From an uncultured Planctomycetota bacterium (GTDB lineage: Bacteria > Planctomycetota > Planctomycetia > Isosphaerales > Isosphaeraceae), in assembly GCA_963845755.1 (NCBI GenBank), contig CAWJTV010000011.1, positions 128,001-192,000 of the forward strand: DNA of 64,000 nucleotides, given 5' to 3'. This document shows positions 33,408 to 43,470 of this stretch, piece after piece. The position numbers and the translations under genes are program-made. Position 1 is the first letter of the stretch; every line of letters starts with the position of its first letter. A model generated the notes under the pieces. It saw only the letters and a program-made list of their open reading frames with translations, ran no database searches and was not told the origin of the DNA.

Positions 33408-34681
33408 TGGACAAACCCGAGTCGATCATCCCGGTCCGGTTCGCATACAAGAATGCAGCCCAGGAATTGAAGAAAGTCGAGCAGGGCGGCCAACAGATCG
33501 CCGATACGACTACCAATTGTTTCCAGAGTGCATTCCATACCGCCAAGAATCTCGGGAGCGAGATGAGCGATTTGATCCGTCCCCGATTGGGTCCCGAGAC
33601 TGCCAACCAGATCGCCGGAACGAGCTCCGACCAGTTCCAACAGACGCTCGACTATATCAAAGGCGTTTCCACGGAATTCGCCGATCTTCAGCGGACCGTC
33701 CACCAAGTTGCCGCTCTGAAGGGGCGGGGCCAGACCAGCGATTTGTCCCTCTCCGAGATGCAAGAGGTCGCCGCGCCAGGGCCGCGCCAAGAGGAATGGC
33801 ACAGCACTCAGGAGAAAGCCCAGGTGCGCGCCGGCATTCACCTTGATGGCAGCCAGGGAGGGCTCAGCCAGCAACAGTTGCAGACCTACCAGCAGCAAAT
33901 CGCCAAATTCGCCGAGGACCGGGGGATTGTCCCAGCCCAGGCGATGGCGATAGGTGAAAGTCTCCTACGAACCTCGAAAGGGCCTCAAGACGTCAACCAG
34001 CTCCTCGACCGCTACGGGAAAGTATTCCAGACCCTCGAGAGAGCAACTTCGCCCGTCACCCAGATCCTACCGCAATTGAACCGAGCCGTATCCCAGGGAT
34101 TCTCGCCCGAGCAGGCTGCACAGGCGCTGGCATTCCTGTCGGAGGCAGTGCCCGGCGAGGAAGGGCCTGGGGGCGAACACACCCTCAAGGACCTGACCAA
34201 TGCAGAGCTGCAAGCGAAGGGCCCCGAGCTCGGCATTCAGGAAGGCATGACGCCGAGTAAGTACCGCACCAGCGCCATCGGCCGGTCGGCGCAGGCACCG
34301 GCTGAGTTGCGCATCGGAAGACCGAGCAGGGCTACCAGTTCCGAGCCGTAGAACAACCTCACCTCGAGGCCGACCGACGGCTTATCGACCGAGGGCGGTT
34401 GACGGAGCCCGACTGGAACTCCGGAGCGGGAGAGTTCATGCCCGGCGTAGGTTGCTCGCTGGGGCAGGGTGTTCAACTTCCGCTCGCCGTCCAAGGTCCG
34501 CGGCCAGTTCGGGGGGAGCATTGCAGCCGACAGCGGGACCGCTGCCCTTGGGACCGTGGCGATGACCGCTCGCTTCCAGGAACTACTCGAACGGATCGCC
34601 CACTCGAACGAGAAAATGGCCCGTCATGCCGAGGGTCGGCCGCTTGTGGCCCCGCCTCCCAATCCTCCCGGCCGCATGTAA
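33407..34681 (+). CDS. Tape-measure-like protein, short and apparently internally deleted or degenerate
   Basis: Ala/Gln-rich helical 314-aa ORF (33407-34351) after the chaperones; TMP-like C-terminal fragment (ELLERIAHSNEKMAR..PLVAPPP) in 34469-34681. Confidence 0.6.
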
Positions 34682-34925
34682 ACTGACCGCCAATGGCCGG
34701 CTCACCCTGAATTGGGGCCTCGATGCAGCCTCGTTCTCGTGTGTTGCTTTCCGACGACATCGTCCTCGCAGGCGAATGACTTGCCCGCGCTGGTCGGCCA
34801 GAGAAAGTCACAGAATGAGCCCTTCGTCCACGGCGAAACCGATGACGACACCGACATGATCATCGAGATCACTTATCAAAACCTGAACTTTTCCATTCAA
34901 CACATCTAACGGTCAGGCCGTAATT

Positions 34926-35302
34926 ATGGGTGTCGAATCTTACGGGGGTGTGGACATTTTGGCGCAGCCGTCCACATCCAGCACATTCCGCGTTCCAATG
35001 CTCAACAGGTCGACTCGTTCAACGGGACCAACGGCAACGTGACCCTTTTCGCAGGAACGCGCGGCCGCACCTTCGAAGTCACAGGACTCCTGATCGGCAA
35101 GGACATACCGAGCCTGCTGGCCGCCGAGGCGAATCTCCTCTCATATGCCGATGGCATAGTACGTATACTTGTTGATCCTATTGGGCGGATATTCCCCGAC
35201 GTCATTTTCCAGGGGGAGTACCTGCCGTCCCCCGAGGGTCCCAAGTGGACGGATTCGGGCGTGTGTTTGCCTTATCGCGCTGTGTTCTATGGATTGACCT
35301 GA
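34926..35302 (+). CDS. Putative distal tail protein (frameshift near 34960)
   Basis: MGVESYGGVDI / GAAVHIQHIP..FAGTRGRTFEVTGLL..PYRAVFYGLT; follows the tape measure. Confidence 0.55.
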
Positions 35303-35303
35303 T

Positions 35304-36023
35304 ATGGCCTTCTCCCAAGCCACGATCACCCAAGTCTACCCGCCCCAGATCCGCGGCGGCCAAGTCTACCTATCATGGGAGACATCTTCGGCTGCCGGCA
35401 ACTGGTGGCAGGTTTACGTCAACCAGCAACTTGCCTGGACGGGGCTGCGCCGTTGGACCTGGGTGCCCATCCCCTCGGGTCCGGTTCGGATCGACATCGG
35501 GACCGTAAACTCGGGCGAGGAGTACGTTAGCTTCGCCGAATCGCTCCCGGGCGCCCCGCAAAGGCGGGCGCAGCTCACCTGGCAGTCGGGAACATACACG
35601 GGGATCGACCTGGCCGGCTTCCACATCTACGGCGCCATCGAACCCGGTGGTGTGATCGACTATGCGACGGTCCTGGCCGACATCACCGCCTATCCGGGGG
35701 GCATCGTCACCGATGGTTTCGGGTTTGGCGGATTTGGAGCGTTGGGATTTGGCCAGGCCGCCAGCTCTTATTCCTTCGTGTCAGAGCCTCTCGCAAGCGG
35801 AATATGGTCCTTCGCCGTCGTACCTTTCGACAACGCGGGCAACGCGGGATTACCCATAACGACGTCGATCGCGATCGTCGCCCCGCCGCGCACACCAGCA
35901 ACGTTCGCCGGCACAACGACTCGGCTGCAGTACGACCTCGAGACTTACGGTGAAACCAGCTTCGGGTCTGGCGGTTTCGGGCTACCATCAGCAGTTCTCA
36001 CCTGGAATTCGAGCCCCGCATGA
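35304..36023 (+). CDS. FN3-like tail protein, related to 24613-25473
   Basis: AGFHIYG..IDYATVLADI..WSFAVVPFDNAGNAG. Confidence 0.65.
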   Translation: MAFSQATITQVYPPQIRGGQVYLSWETSSAAGNWWQVYVNQQLAWTGLRRWTWVPIPSGPVRIDIGTVNSGEEYVSFAESLPGAPQRRAQLTWQSGTYTGIDLAGFHIYGAIEPGGVIDYATVLADITAYPGGIVTDGFGFGGFGALGFGQAASSYSFVSEPLASGIWSFAVVPFDNAGNAGLPITTSIAIVAPPRTPATFAGTTTRLQYDLETYGETSFGSGGFGLPSAVLTWNSSPA

Positions 36024-36640
36024 GCAATACCTACACGTCTAATGTCAAGCTGGCCATGCCGGCAATCGGCGACACCGGTTGGTCGGTGCCCGTGAACGGC
36101 AACTGCACCACGCTCGACGGACTCGCCCCGGTCGGCGGCCTGGCAGTGACAACGACGGAAATCCCGAGCGCCTCGCTGAATGTCGCCGTGGCTGCCGGCT
36201 CCTACATTACACAGGGCGGTGCGATCGGCACGTTCCCAGGTTCCGCCTCCCAAGCGATGGCTGCCAACGCGACCCAGGTCCTCTACCTTGATCTGACTAA
36301 CTCCGGGGCACTGACCGTCGGGGCGAGCTACCCCGCCACATCTCATGTCCGTCTTGCCACCGTTGCCGCGGGGGCCTCAACGGTCACGAGCCTTACCGAC
36401 AACCGCCAATGTTTCAATGTCGTGGGATCGTGGGCCGACGGGGTCAACATCACGTTGGGAACGGCAACCGGGACCCAAATCGGGACCGCAAGCAACCAGA
36501 AGCTGGCTTTTTTCGGCAACGCCCCAACCACGCAGCCGAAGATGGGCGCGGCGACCGCCGGGTCCATTTATACCGGCAACGAACAAGCAATGCTTCAGGC
36601 GGTTTATAACGCCGTGCGCGCATTGGGGCTGGGGAGCTGA
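36020..36640 (+). CDS. Minor tail / fibre-like protein
   Basis: MSNTYTSNVKLAMPAIGDTGWSVPVNGNCTTLD N-terminus typical of fibre anchors; QKLAFFG...VRALGL C-terminus. Confidence 0.6.
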   Translation: MSNTYTSNVKLAMPAIGDTGWSVPVNGNCTTLDGLAPVGGLAVTTTEIPSASLNVAVAAGSYITQGGAIGTFPGSASQAMAANATQVLYLDLTNSGALTVGASYPATSHVRLATVAAGASTVTSLTDNRQCFNVVGSWADGVNITLGTATGTQIGTASNQKLAFFGNAPTTQPKMGAATAGSIYTGNEQAMLQAVYNAVRALGLGS

Positions 36641-36641
36641 A

Positions 36642-38840
36642 ATGGCCGGGAGCTTTGACCTCGATAACTCGACGCCGCCTCTCTACGGCAACCCCTTGGT
36701 ATTTGGGGTCTACCTGTACGAGCCGAAGAATGACAATGCGGGGAACAACGAGAATCCCACGACGCTGCTACCGAATCTACGATGCCTGCGCATCGACTAT
36801 CGCGAGGGCCCAGAGCCACCGACCGCCGAGTTCCAATACATCCTCGACGACTCGCTGGCGCTCAGATTCGGCTGGCCCTCGCAGTTCGAGGATATCTGGC
36901 CCATCGACGCGCAAGGGCCGTACGTCGTTCTGCCTGATGACCGGCTGGTCGTAATGGGCCAGAACCCTGATGGGTCGCCCCTGATCCTCTTCGACGGGTT
37001 TGCCCAGATCCCTCAGGTGGATCTAACCCCGCAGACCCAACGCGTGATGTTCACCGCGGTGGGAGTCGCGGTGCGATGCTACGATGACGTGATTCACACG
37101 CGCGTCCAGCGTGACGCGGATACACCGAATCTCACCGACGGGAGTGCTGACGTCGAGATCCACGCACCCTGCCGGTTCAACCCAGCGGACAACTCGATCG
37201 GCACGCAGGGAGGAATCCTCGCGAATTCGACTCCGGACGAGTTCTATACCTTCGATGAGGAGACCGGGAACTACCCCGTATTCATCGACCCGCTGCTCAT
37301 AGAGCGGGAGGAGTCGGCGGGGGAGGATTACGTTGCGCCCTGGTACATAAGCGACGCGATCCTGTACCTTCTCGCACAGCCGAATCCCGGTGACGACTAT
37401 GTGCTGTGGCCGAACTCGACGACGATCATGCAGTTCCTGGACACGCTCGCGCCGCCGGCCGGAAGCGATATCCTCAACCCGGCAACCGCCGTCTCGACCA
37501 ACTGCGTGATCCGCGACTACGATGCGACGGGAAAGGCCCTCCCGGAGGTGCTCGCCGACCTGCTGGGCTATGCTGGCTTCCTCATGACCTGGCAGGTCGA
37601 TGCCGACGCGTCCGGAACTCCCCAGACGTTCTTGAAGATCTACCGGCGAGACGCCGCGGCGACCCTCACACCCAAGCTCGTCTACCTGGCGCCAGCCCGG
37701 ACGGGAACTCTGGACCCGTCGGCCAACAACGTCACGCATCTTCACCTGGCGCACGACGCGAACCAGATTGTCAACGCCTGGCGTGTCGAGACGGAGCAAC
37801 GACAGATCGAGGTCAGTGTCTTGCTCGCACCGCTCTTCGAGCCGGCGTCCGGGGACCAGGAATCGGCAAATCGCAAGCAGTTCTTCGCATCGTCGTTCAC
37901 CCCCTCAACATTAGCTGCAACCCGGCGGAAGTACCGGTGGTACGGCGCCGATGAGTGCGGGGATGGACACTACAATCAGGCGACACAGGAGTGGTCCGTC
38001 GAGGCCCTCGACCTCTCGCCAGTATTTCCCAAAACGGAAACGAACACCAAGAGTTACGTCACACGATACCGTCCCGGTTTGAACACCCTGATTGCAACCG
38101 ACTCGGATGGACGGCCACTACGTGCGACGCTCGAGATTCTCTTCGGGACCTATAGCGGAGACTCGTCGGTTCAGCCTGAGGCAAGCAACTCCAACTGGCA
38201 GGTCGTTACCGGAGGGTGGCGGCTCCTGCCCGACCGGCTCGGGATCGAAGTGACCGTGGAGGATCCCGAGCAGTGGAACGGTGGAAAGGTCGTCGGCGAT
38301 ATACGGGGTATCACATGGCAAGTCGTCCCGCCCTCGGGCAAGCAGTTCAGCCTACGTCTAACCACGATCATCGAGGATGACCGGCGTATCGATGCGATAG
38401 CGCCGAAGCGGATCGCCTCGCCGACGCAGTTTTCCCGATGGCGTTCTGCCGATGCCCGCGACCACTTCCAGTACACAAGCATTTCCGCGGGAAGCCGTAA
38501 CTACCAGCAGGCCGGCGGGGACGGCACCAACCCGGTCGTCATCCGTGACGACACGGAAGCGGCGACGACACACGCGGAGCAGCTCCGCTCGGCTTACGAA
38601 TTCCCGCCGCTAGCCGGCAGCCTGACCATCCCCTACATCACGACCTACTATGAGGTCGGCGACCGCATCCGCGAGATCGGCGGCCGAGACGCCAATCTCC
38701 AGACCAACGTAGGCTCCGATCAAGGCGAATCCCCGACTTACCCCTGGATTGTCGGCGTGTCCTGGACGTTCGAGGCGGATCGACAGCAGACCGTGCTCCA
38801 GCTCTCGGATCACAGGGCCTCCACCCGGCATAATGGGTAG
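36642..38840 (+). CDS. Putative baseplate hub / tail-tip protein
   Basis: 732 aa, acidic; ILFDGFAQIPQ, LPEVLADLLGYAGF, YEVGDRIREIGGR..IVGVSWTFE..QTVLQLSD (hub-like C-terminal barrel). Confidence 0.65.
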   Translation: MAGSFDLDNSTPPLYGNPLVFGVYLYEPKNDNAGNNENPTTLLPNLRCLRIDYREGPEPPTAEFQYILDDSLALRFGWPSQFEDIWPIDAQGPYVVLPDDRLVVMGQNPDGSPLILFDGFAQIPQVDLTPQTQRVMFTAVGVAVRCYDDVIHTRVQRDADTPNLTDGSADVEIHAPCRFNPADNSIGTQGGILANSTPDEFYTFDEETGNYPVFIDPLLIEREESAGEDYVAPWYISDAILYLLAQPNPGDDYVLWPNSTTIMQFLDTLAPPAGSDILNPATAVSTNCVIRDYDATGKALPEVLADLLGYAGFLMTWQVDADASGTPQTFLKIYRRDAAATLTPKLVYLAPARTGTLDPSANNVTHLHLAHDANQIVNAWRVETEQRQIEVSVLLAPLFEPASGDQESANRKQFFASSFTPSTLAATRRKYRWYGADECGDGHYNQATQEWSVEALDLSPVFPKTETNTKSYVTRYRPGLNTLIATDSDGRPLRATLEILFGTYSGDSSVQPEASNSNWQVVTGGWRLLPDRLGIEVTVEDPEQWNGGKVVGDIRGITWQVVPPSGKQFSLRLTTIIEDDRRIDAIAPKRIASPTQFSRWRSADARDHFQYTSISAGSRNYQQAGGDGTNPVVIRDDTEAATTHAEQLRSAYEFPPLAGSLTIPYITTYYEVGDRIREIGGRDANLQTNVGSDQGESPTYPWIVGVSWTFEADRQQTVLQLSDHRASTRHNG

Positions 38841-38909
38841 CTGCCTGTTCCCAGTTAAGGGGACTCGCGTTCGCTGACAACTGGCAAACGGCAACAGAGA
38901 AATCCAAAC

Positions 38910-39236
38910 ATGACTGATTTGCGAGTGATCCGTGACCGTCCAAAAGCTGGAGAGAAGACGATCAACCGCGAGCCGGGACTCGCACCTGTAGGGTCAGTAG
39001 CAATCCTGGCGCAGACGACGACGGTCTCGACCTACCCGACGACCGCGTCGGCATTCTACGCGTGTGTGCCTGCGGACATAGACGGCAACGAGTCTGAGGG
39101 GTCATCGGCAACGTATGTCCAGGAGGAAACGACGATCCTTTACGCCTGGAATGCCGGTACGCAGGTCCCCCCGGCAGGCACAACGGTCGTGTGCGATGCC
39201 GTCGGCGGCCGGTGGGTCTTCCGCTACGACGGATGA
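38910..39236 (+). CDS. Small tail-tip protein, paralog of the N-terminal half of 39351-40073
   Basis: Shared LRxxRDR, PA(D/E)(I/L)DGxExEG, PxAG and AVGGRWV motifs. Confidence 0.6.
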   Translation: MTDLRVIRDRPKAGEKTINREPGLAPVGSVAILAQTTTVSTYPTTASAFYACVPADIDGNESEGSSATYVQEETTILYAWNAGTQVPPAGTTVVCDAVGGRWVFRYDG

Positions 39237-39350
39237 GGTTTCACACGGATGCTTTATTGGTCCTCAGATAGATGAAAACTTGATCATAATTTTTAAATCA
39301 GAGACTCGAGGACTCATTCCCGAGGTGTGAAACCCGGGATAGTATAACCG

Positions 39351-40073
39351 ATGGTTAGCGACCGAGAACTTAGGATCCTTCGCGACCGCCAGGCTGCTTT
39401 GAGCGGAGCGATTGATCGTGTTGCGGAGGCTTCGACGCGGGTCACAGCGCGACGGATGGTCCAGGTCTACGACGGCGGAAGCATGCCGACACAGCCGGGC
39501 TACGTCTACTTGACCCATCCAGCCGAACTGGACGGCAAAGAGATTGAAGGCGGATCGGGGATCGTGAACGTGGATACCTCCACGACGATACCCGTCGTCG
39601 TACTCTGGGGCACACCTCAGGCTGGCGACATCCTCACGGCCTGTGCAGTCGGCGGACGGTGGGTCGCCTATCGGTCGGGTACGTCGATCCATTCGGGCTA
39701 CTCGTGTGGTCAGTGTCAGATCCCTCGGCAGAATCTCACGGTTTCCTGGACGAACCTGATCCTAGGCAACGGGGCGACCTCGCTAGTCTACTCCGGCAAT
39801 CCGACGACACAATGGGCATCCGCTTGCACGAACCAGCTCCTATACGAGCTGGTCTGCACCCAGAATCAGGTCGAATTCCGAGTTTACTATTTCGTGTCGG
39901 GCTCTTGTCCCAGTGGACAGAGTCAGTATTGCTCAACGATACGATCAAATCCTTTCAGATTGACCCAAACCAGCCTGACGTGCAGTCCGCTACTTCTCAC
40001 ATGCAGCGTGACCTCGGCGAGCTGCCCAAACCTCGCATCCAATGGTTACACCAGCTTCACGGTCTCGCAATGA
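39351..40073 (+). CDS. Tail-tip protein with Cys-rich C-terminal domain
   Basis: AVGGRWV domain followed by about 125 aa containing 9 Cys. Confidence 0.6.
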   Translation: MVSDRELRILRDRQAALSGAIDRVAEASTRVTARRMVQVYDGGSMPTQPGYVYLTHPAELDGKEIEGGSGIVNVDTSTTIPVVVLWGTPQAGDILTACAVGGRWVAYRSGTSIHSGYSCGQCQIPRQNLTVSWTNLILGNGATSLVYSGNPTTQWASACTNQLLYELVCTQNQVEFRVYYFVSGSCPSGQSQYCSTIRSNPFRLTQTSLTCSPLLLTCSVTSASCPNLASNGYTSFTVSQ

Positions 40074-40382
40074 ATGGGTCGGAAGGCATTGGCAGGCTTA
40101 AGGATGATTCAAACCAGTCTTGATTCAGTTTTTGACCTTCAGCCTTCAGCCTTCCGAAACTCCCAACCCGGGCTGTGTGTCCATTGCCCGGTAGCCCAGA
40201 ATCTGTCCTGTCGGGGCGAGTCCGTGCGCCGGCTTTGCATGCTCGTTAACCCTGGGCATCCCGATTATGCGCCGAGATATATCGCAGCGATCCTGGGCCT
40301 GCGCAGCCAAGTGGATCCGACGAGGCACACAGTGCTGAACGACCTGACGTCGCCGAGACTTTGTCCTTGCTCGGAGCCATGA
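40074..40382 (+). CDS. Small Cys-rich hypothetical protein (5' end overlaps the repeat, start uncertain)
   Basis: CVHCPVAQNLSCRGESVRRLCMLVNPGHPDY. Confidence 0.4.
   Translation: MGRKALAGLRMIQTSLDSVFDLQPSAFRNSQPGLCVHCPVAQNLSCRGESVRRLCMLVNPGHPDYAPRYIAAILGLRSQVDPTRHTVLNDLTSPRLCPCSEP
40080..40156. repeat. Third GAAGGC/GCCTTC heptamer inverted repeat
   Basis: CGGAAGGCATTGGCAGGCTTAAGG...CCTTCAGCCTTCAGCCTTCCG. Confidence 0.6.
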
Positions 40383-40509
40383 GGTCCTGTGACTTTCGCG
40401 CGATCGACAGTGGCTGCGGGTGCTCTGGGGCAAGGTGTGGGCTACGCAATGGTGCATTCGTGTCGCATGCCGAGTGTTTCGATTGCCTGCGACATTATGG
40501 GAGGCAACC

Positions 40510-40896
40510 ATGAAACGTGACGAATCCACCCCACTGTTCCCCTCCCCCGGTCAGAGTCTCCCGACTCAAGAAGGGGGCGAAACGTTGAGCGATCATGCGA
40601 GGAGTCTGTCCAACGAAGTCATGGGCGGCCCCGAGGAGCCGGCCGAGACCATCCTCAGTAACAGAGAGACCAGCGTCTTCGTCGAGCCGACGGCGGATGA
40701 GCTGATCCAGGCCGCTCTGAACGATGAATCGCAACAACGTCTCTGGCTCCGGACAATCATCCCGCTCCTACAACTCCGCTCGCACGATTCGGATCCCTCT
40801 GGCCGCGTGCAGTTGGCCTACGACCTGATGCATATCGCGGCCTGTGAACGCGCCTCTCGCCTCCTTCGCAGCGATCTGCCCTCCGAAAACGATTAG
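40510..40896 (+). CDS. Hypothetical protein
   Basis: GGGAGG RBS; 128 aa with a helical C-terminal half. Confidence 0.55.
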   Translation: MKRDESTPLFPSPGQSLPTQEGGETLSDHARSLSNEVMGGPEEPAETILSNRETSVFVEPTADELIQAALNDESQQRLWLRTIIPLLQLRSHDSDPSGRVQLAYDLMHIAACERASRLLRSDLPSEND

Positions 40897-41206
40897 AGGA
40901 AGTCAGAACCCAATTCGAGAACGATTGACTCCGGTTTTCAGCGAGATGCGGCAAGTCGCGATACATGCGTGCAATCGTTGTACGACTAGGACCTGAGCGA
41001 CCAAACCCGTCTCATCCCAAAAAAACGAGACATAAAACAAAATTTATGCAACTGAAGACGCGCATGTGCGGATCATATGGGTGTACGGTACCGAGGAAGT
41101 CGCGACACCGAAGAAGAGTGAAGCTCGAGCAGTTCTTTCCGCAGGTACTTATTAGTTCGTTCGATCAACCGTGACAAGTCAACTTGCACAGGAGGGCATT
41201 TCGCCC

Positions 41207-41420
41207 ATGCGTAGACACTCACTGTTCGACAGCCTTGTCTCCCTGGAGACGCTTGATCTGCGGCTCAGCCCGAGCGCCGCTGTCTTGGGGTGCCGCCGCT
41301 GCGGCATCGGCCGTTCACCATCACGAGGTTTCGCCGGCGAGTGATTCGGGAGACGATCCTCCGATCACACAGCCGGACCTCCCACCGTCTGGACCCTCCG
41401 GCCCCGGGTCCTCCTCGTAA
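41207..41420 (+). CDS. Mini-protein with planctomycete export-motif-like N-terminus (one frameshift)
   Basis: AGGAGGG RBS; MRRHSLFDSLVSLETLDLRLSPSAAVLG / AAAAASAVHHHEVSPASDSGDDPPITQPDLPPSGPSGPGSSS. Confidence 0.45.
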
Positions 41421-41872
41421 GATTCGGGCCGCTCGAATGTCACAGTCCGAGGCCAAGCAGGGTCGTGTGCGCCCGGGGACCGTTGGAGCTCCGTTTCGCG
41501 GCCTCCTGGTGTTGCAATGATCGCTGTCCTGATCTCGGAGACCGGGGGGAGCAATTCCCCCCGGGATCCGGGGTGCCGGACCATTCCCTGCATCGCGCCG
41601 GACGGACTGCGATCGTCTGCCCGAACTTCTTCGATATCGATGTGTGTGCCTCGTGCGGCGGGATTTCCTCCCACCTCATCGGGGACGGTTTTCCCGCGCC
41701 GCGAGGTTTCTAGGCGCCGTCTGGAACCACGTTCGATTGCGGTGGGACCAGCAACGGCGCAACACGCGGGAATTCCACGGCCGGAGTGGCCTACCGAGGG
41801 CATGATTCCCACGGGGGCCACGTCGGGTCGGGCAGGAGTACTCACCACGCAAGAAACCCGGAGAGCCTAGGC

Positions 41873-42697
41873 ATGCCGATCTACTCGATTTTACACCGCT
41901 GGACGCGAAGCACGGTCGCGGTCATAGAGGCCCCGACTTACGCCCGGGCCCTGGAATGGGCGGCGCGGCGCGGTTTGAGCCTGATCGACGTCGATCTCGA
42001 AGGATTAGTGCTTCGCAGCGCTTTCCTGGCCCGTGCAGACCTTCGTGGAGCCGGATTAACGTCCGCAGATCTGTCGGGCTGCTATCTTCGCAAGGCCGAC
42101 TTCCGCGGGGCCGACCTCTGCCGGGCTCGGTTGGTCCACGCTTTTCTGGAGGGAGCCGATCTACGCCAAGCCGACCTCCGCGAGGCGCGATTATCTCGCG
42201 CCGATCTCCGGGGCACCAAGCTGGTCGGCGCCGACCTGCGCGGCACCGTCATTACCGGGGCGCGACTCACCGGAGCACTGTGCGACTGGCGATGGAGCGT
42301 TATCCCCGCCGAATTACTCCGACGGAATCCAAGGGCGTCGGGCGACGACTCGCGGCTGGTCATCGATCTGGCCTTTTACGAGGATCAGCGACCTTGGGGC
42401 TGGCTCAAGCTCCTCTCAGGTTACGGCAAGCGTGCCGACTGGGCTCTCGGTGCGCTGGCGGAATCGGTGCGGGATGGCGACAATGCTCCCGAAATGCTCC
42501 GCTGTCTGGCCGCCGATGCGTCTGCGAGTTTCCACCTACCCGGACCGTCCGAACCAGTTGACCCCTGCCATCGGGGAACGAGTCACTCGAAGTCGACACC
42601 GTCAGACATTCCGTCGGCTCCCAGAATGCTCTGGACATGTCGGCGGACGACCGTCTTCGGCGCCACTCGGGATTTACCGGATCCCCGACTGTCCTGA
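41873..42697 (+). CDS. Pentapeptide-repeat protein
   Basis: Tandem A(D/R)LxxA repeats (ARADLRGAGLTSADLSGCYLRKADFRGADL...). Confidence 0.9.
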   Translation: MPIYSILHRWTRSTVAVIEAPTYARALEWAARRGLSLIDVDLEGLVLRSAFLARADLRGAGLTSADLSGCYLRKADFRGADLCRARLVHAFLEGADLRQADLREARLSRADLRGTKLVGADLRGTVITGARLTGALCDWRWSVIPAELLRRNPRASGDDSRLVIDLAFYEDQRPWGWLKLLSGYGKRADWALGALAESVRDGDNAPEMLRCLAADASASFHLPGPSEPVDPCHRGTSHSKSTPSDIPSAPRMLWTCRRTTVFGATRDLPDPRLS

Positions 42698-43072
42698 CCA
42701 CCCTCGGAACCTTGCTGCCCCCTCACGAGATGAGCGTGGTTCGCTACGCTTCTCATTCCACGATCAGTGTCGCCACGTTGATATCTCTTCCGACGGAGAG
42801 GCGCGGGTTCCCGTCCGCGCCGACCCTTCTGCTCTCAATCTATCGATTCCGCGAGGTGGCCACCAATGGCAACGATCATCACTCGACCTTCACCGCAATC
42901 TTGTCGGTTGTCTGTTGCCCGCGGTCCCTTGTCGCGAGGCGCCAAGCCCTGGCCGAAACACCCCGCCGCGCGATCGAGCGGGGTCAGTGACCGACCACGA
43001 ACCACCGGCAACGAACGACGAACCGGCTCATCAGCTCACGCGCTGCGGATGTTGACTTGTCAGCCAGTGTTC

Positions 43073-43375
43073 ATGGCATCGATACCCCGATTCCACGTCA
43101 ACCCCAGGGGAATCGACGGCACTTTGGTCGTGGTCAACCGCGCTTCGGACGAACAATTCACGGTCTATACACCGCGGTTCATACCCCAATTCCGCGCCGG
43201 GCACCGGAGCGGACTCTGGTATCTGCGGCCCGTGGGAGATCTCGGATCTGAACCACGAAGTACCGCCTTTCGCACGGCGAGCGACGCCGTCGAAGCCATT
43301 CGCTCCCGCCCCTGGAATCGATCACCCTCACCGACGAAACAGCGCCACGCCCGCTTCCGCGTCATCTGGTCCTAG
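43073..43375 (+). CDS. Hypothetical protein
   Basis: 100 aa globular-looking ORF. Confidence 0.45.
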   Translation: MASIPRFHVNPRGIDGTLVVVNRASDEQFTVYTPRFIPQFRAGHRSGLWYLRPVGDLGSEPRSTAFRTASDAVEAIRSRPWNRSPSPTKQRHARFRVIWS

Positions 43376-43470
43376 CGCGACGCACGACGTCCAAATCCTG
43401 GAGAGCATCCCTCGAAACACCTGTTGTCGCTGCTTCCAAGCCCCCAACAGCGATCGATGATCGTGAAGGA

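Larger units (their letters stand above)
10370..40382 (+). mobile_element. Phage-derived head-and-tail morphogenesis cluster (defective prophage or GTA-like element)
   Basis: About 35 co-oriented ORFs in canonical order: lysis-like, terL remnant, portal, scaffold, capsid, neck, fibres, tail terminator, tube, chaperones, tape measure, hub, tip. No integrase, repressor pair or replication genes seen. Confidence 0.85.

Noticed and set aside
31488..40073. Contractile injection system, R-type tailocin or T6SS
   Set aside because: No sheath, baseplate wedge (gpJ/gp25-like) or AAA ATPase recognised, and head genes are present.
25492..40382. Diversity-generating retroelement targeting the fibres
   Set aside because: No RT and no TR/VR pair with adenine-specific mismatches noticed; the repeats seen are short intragenic duplications.
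9730..41200. attL/attR sites or tRNA integration target
   Set aside because: No matching direct repeats or tRNA found by eye at either boundary; a short core could have been missed.
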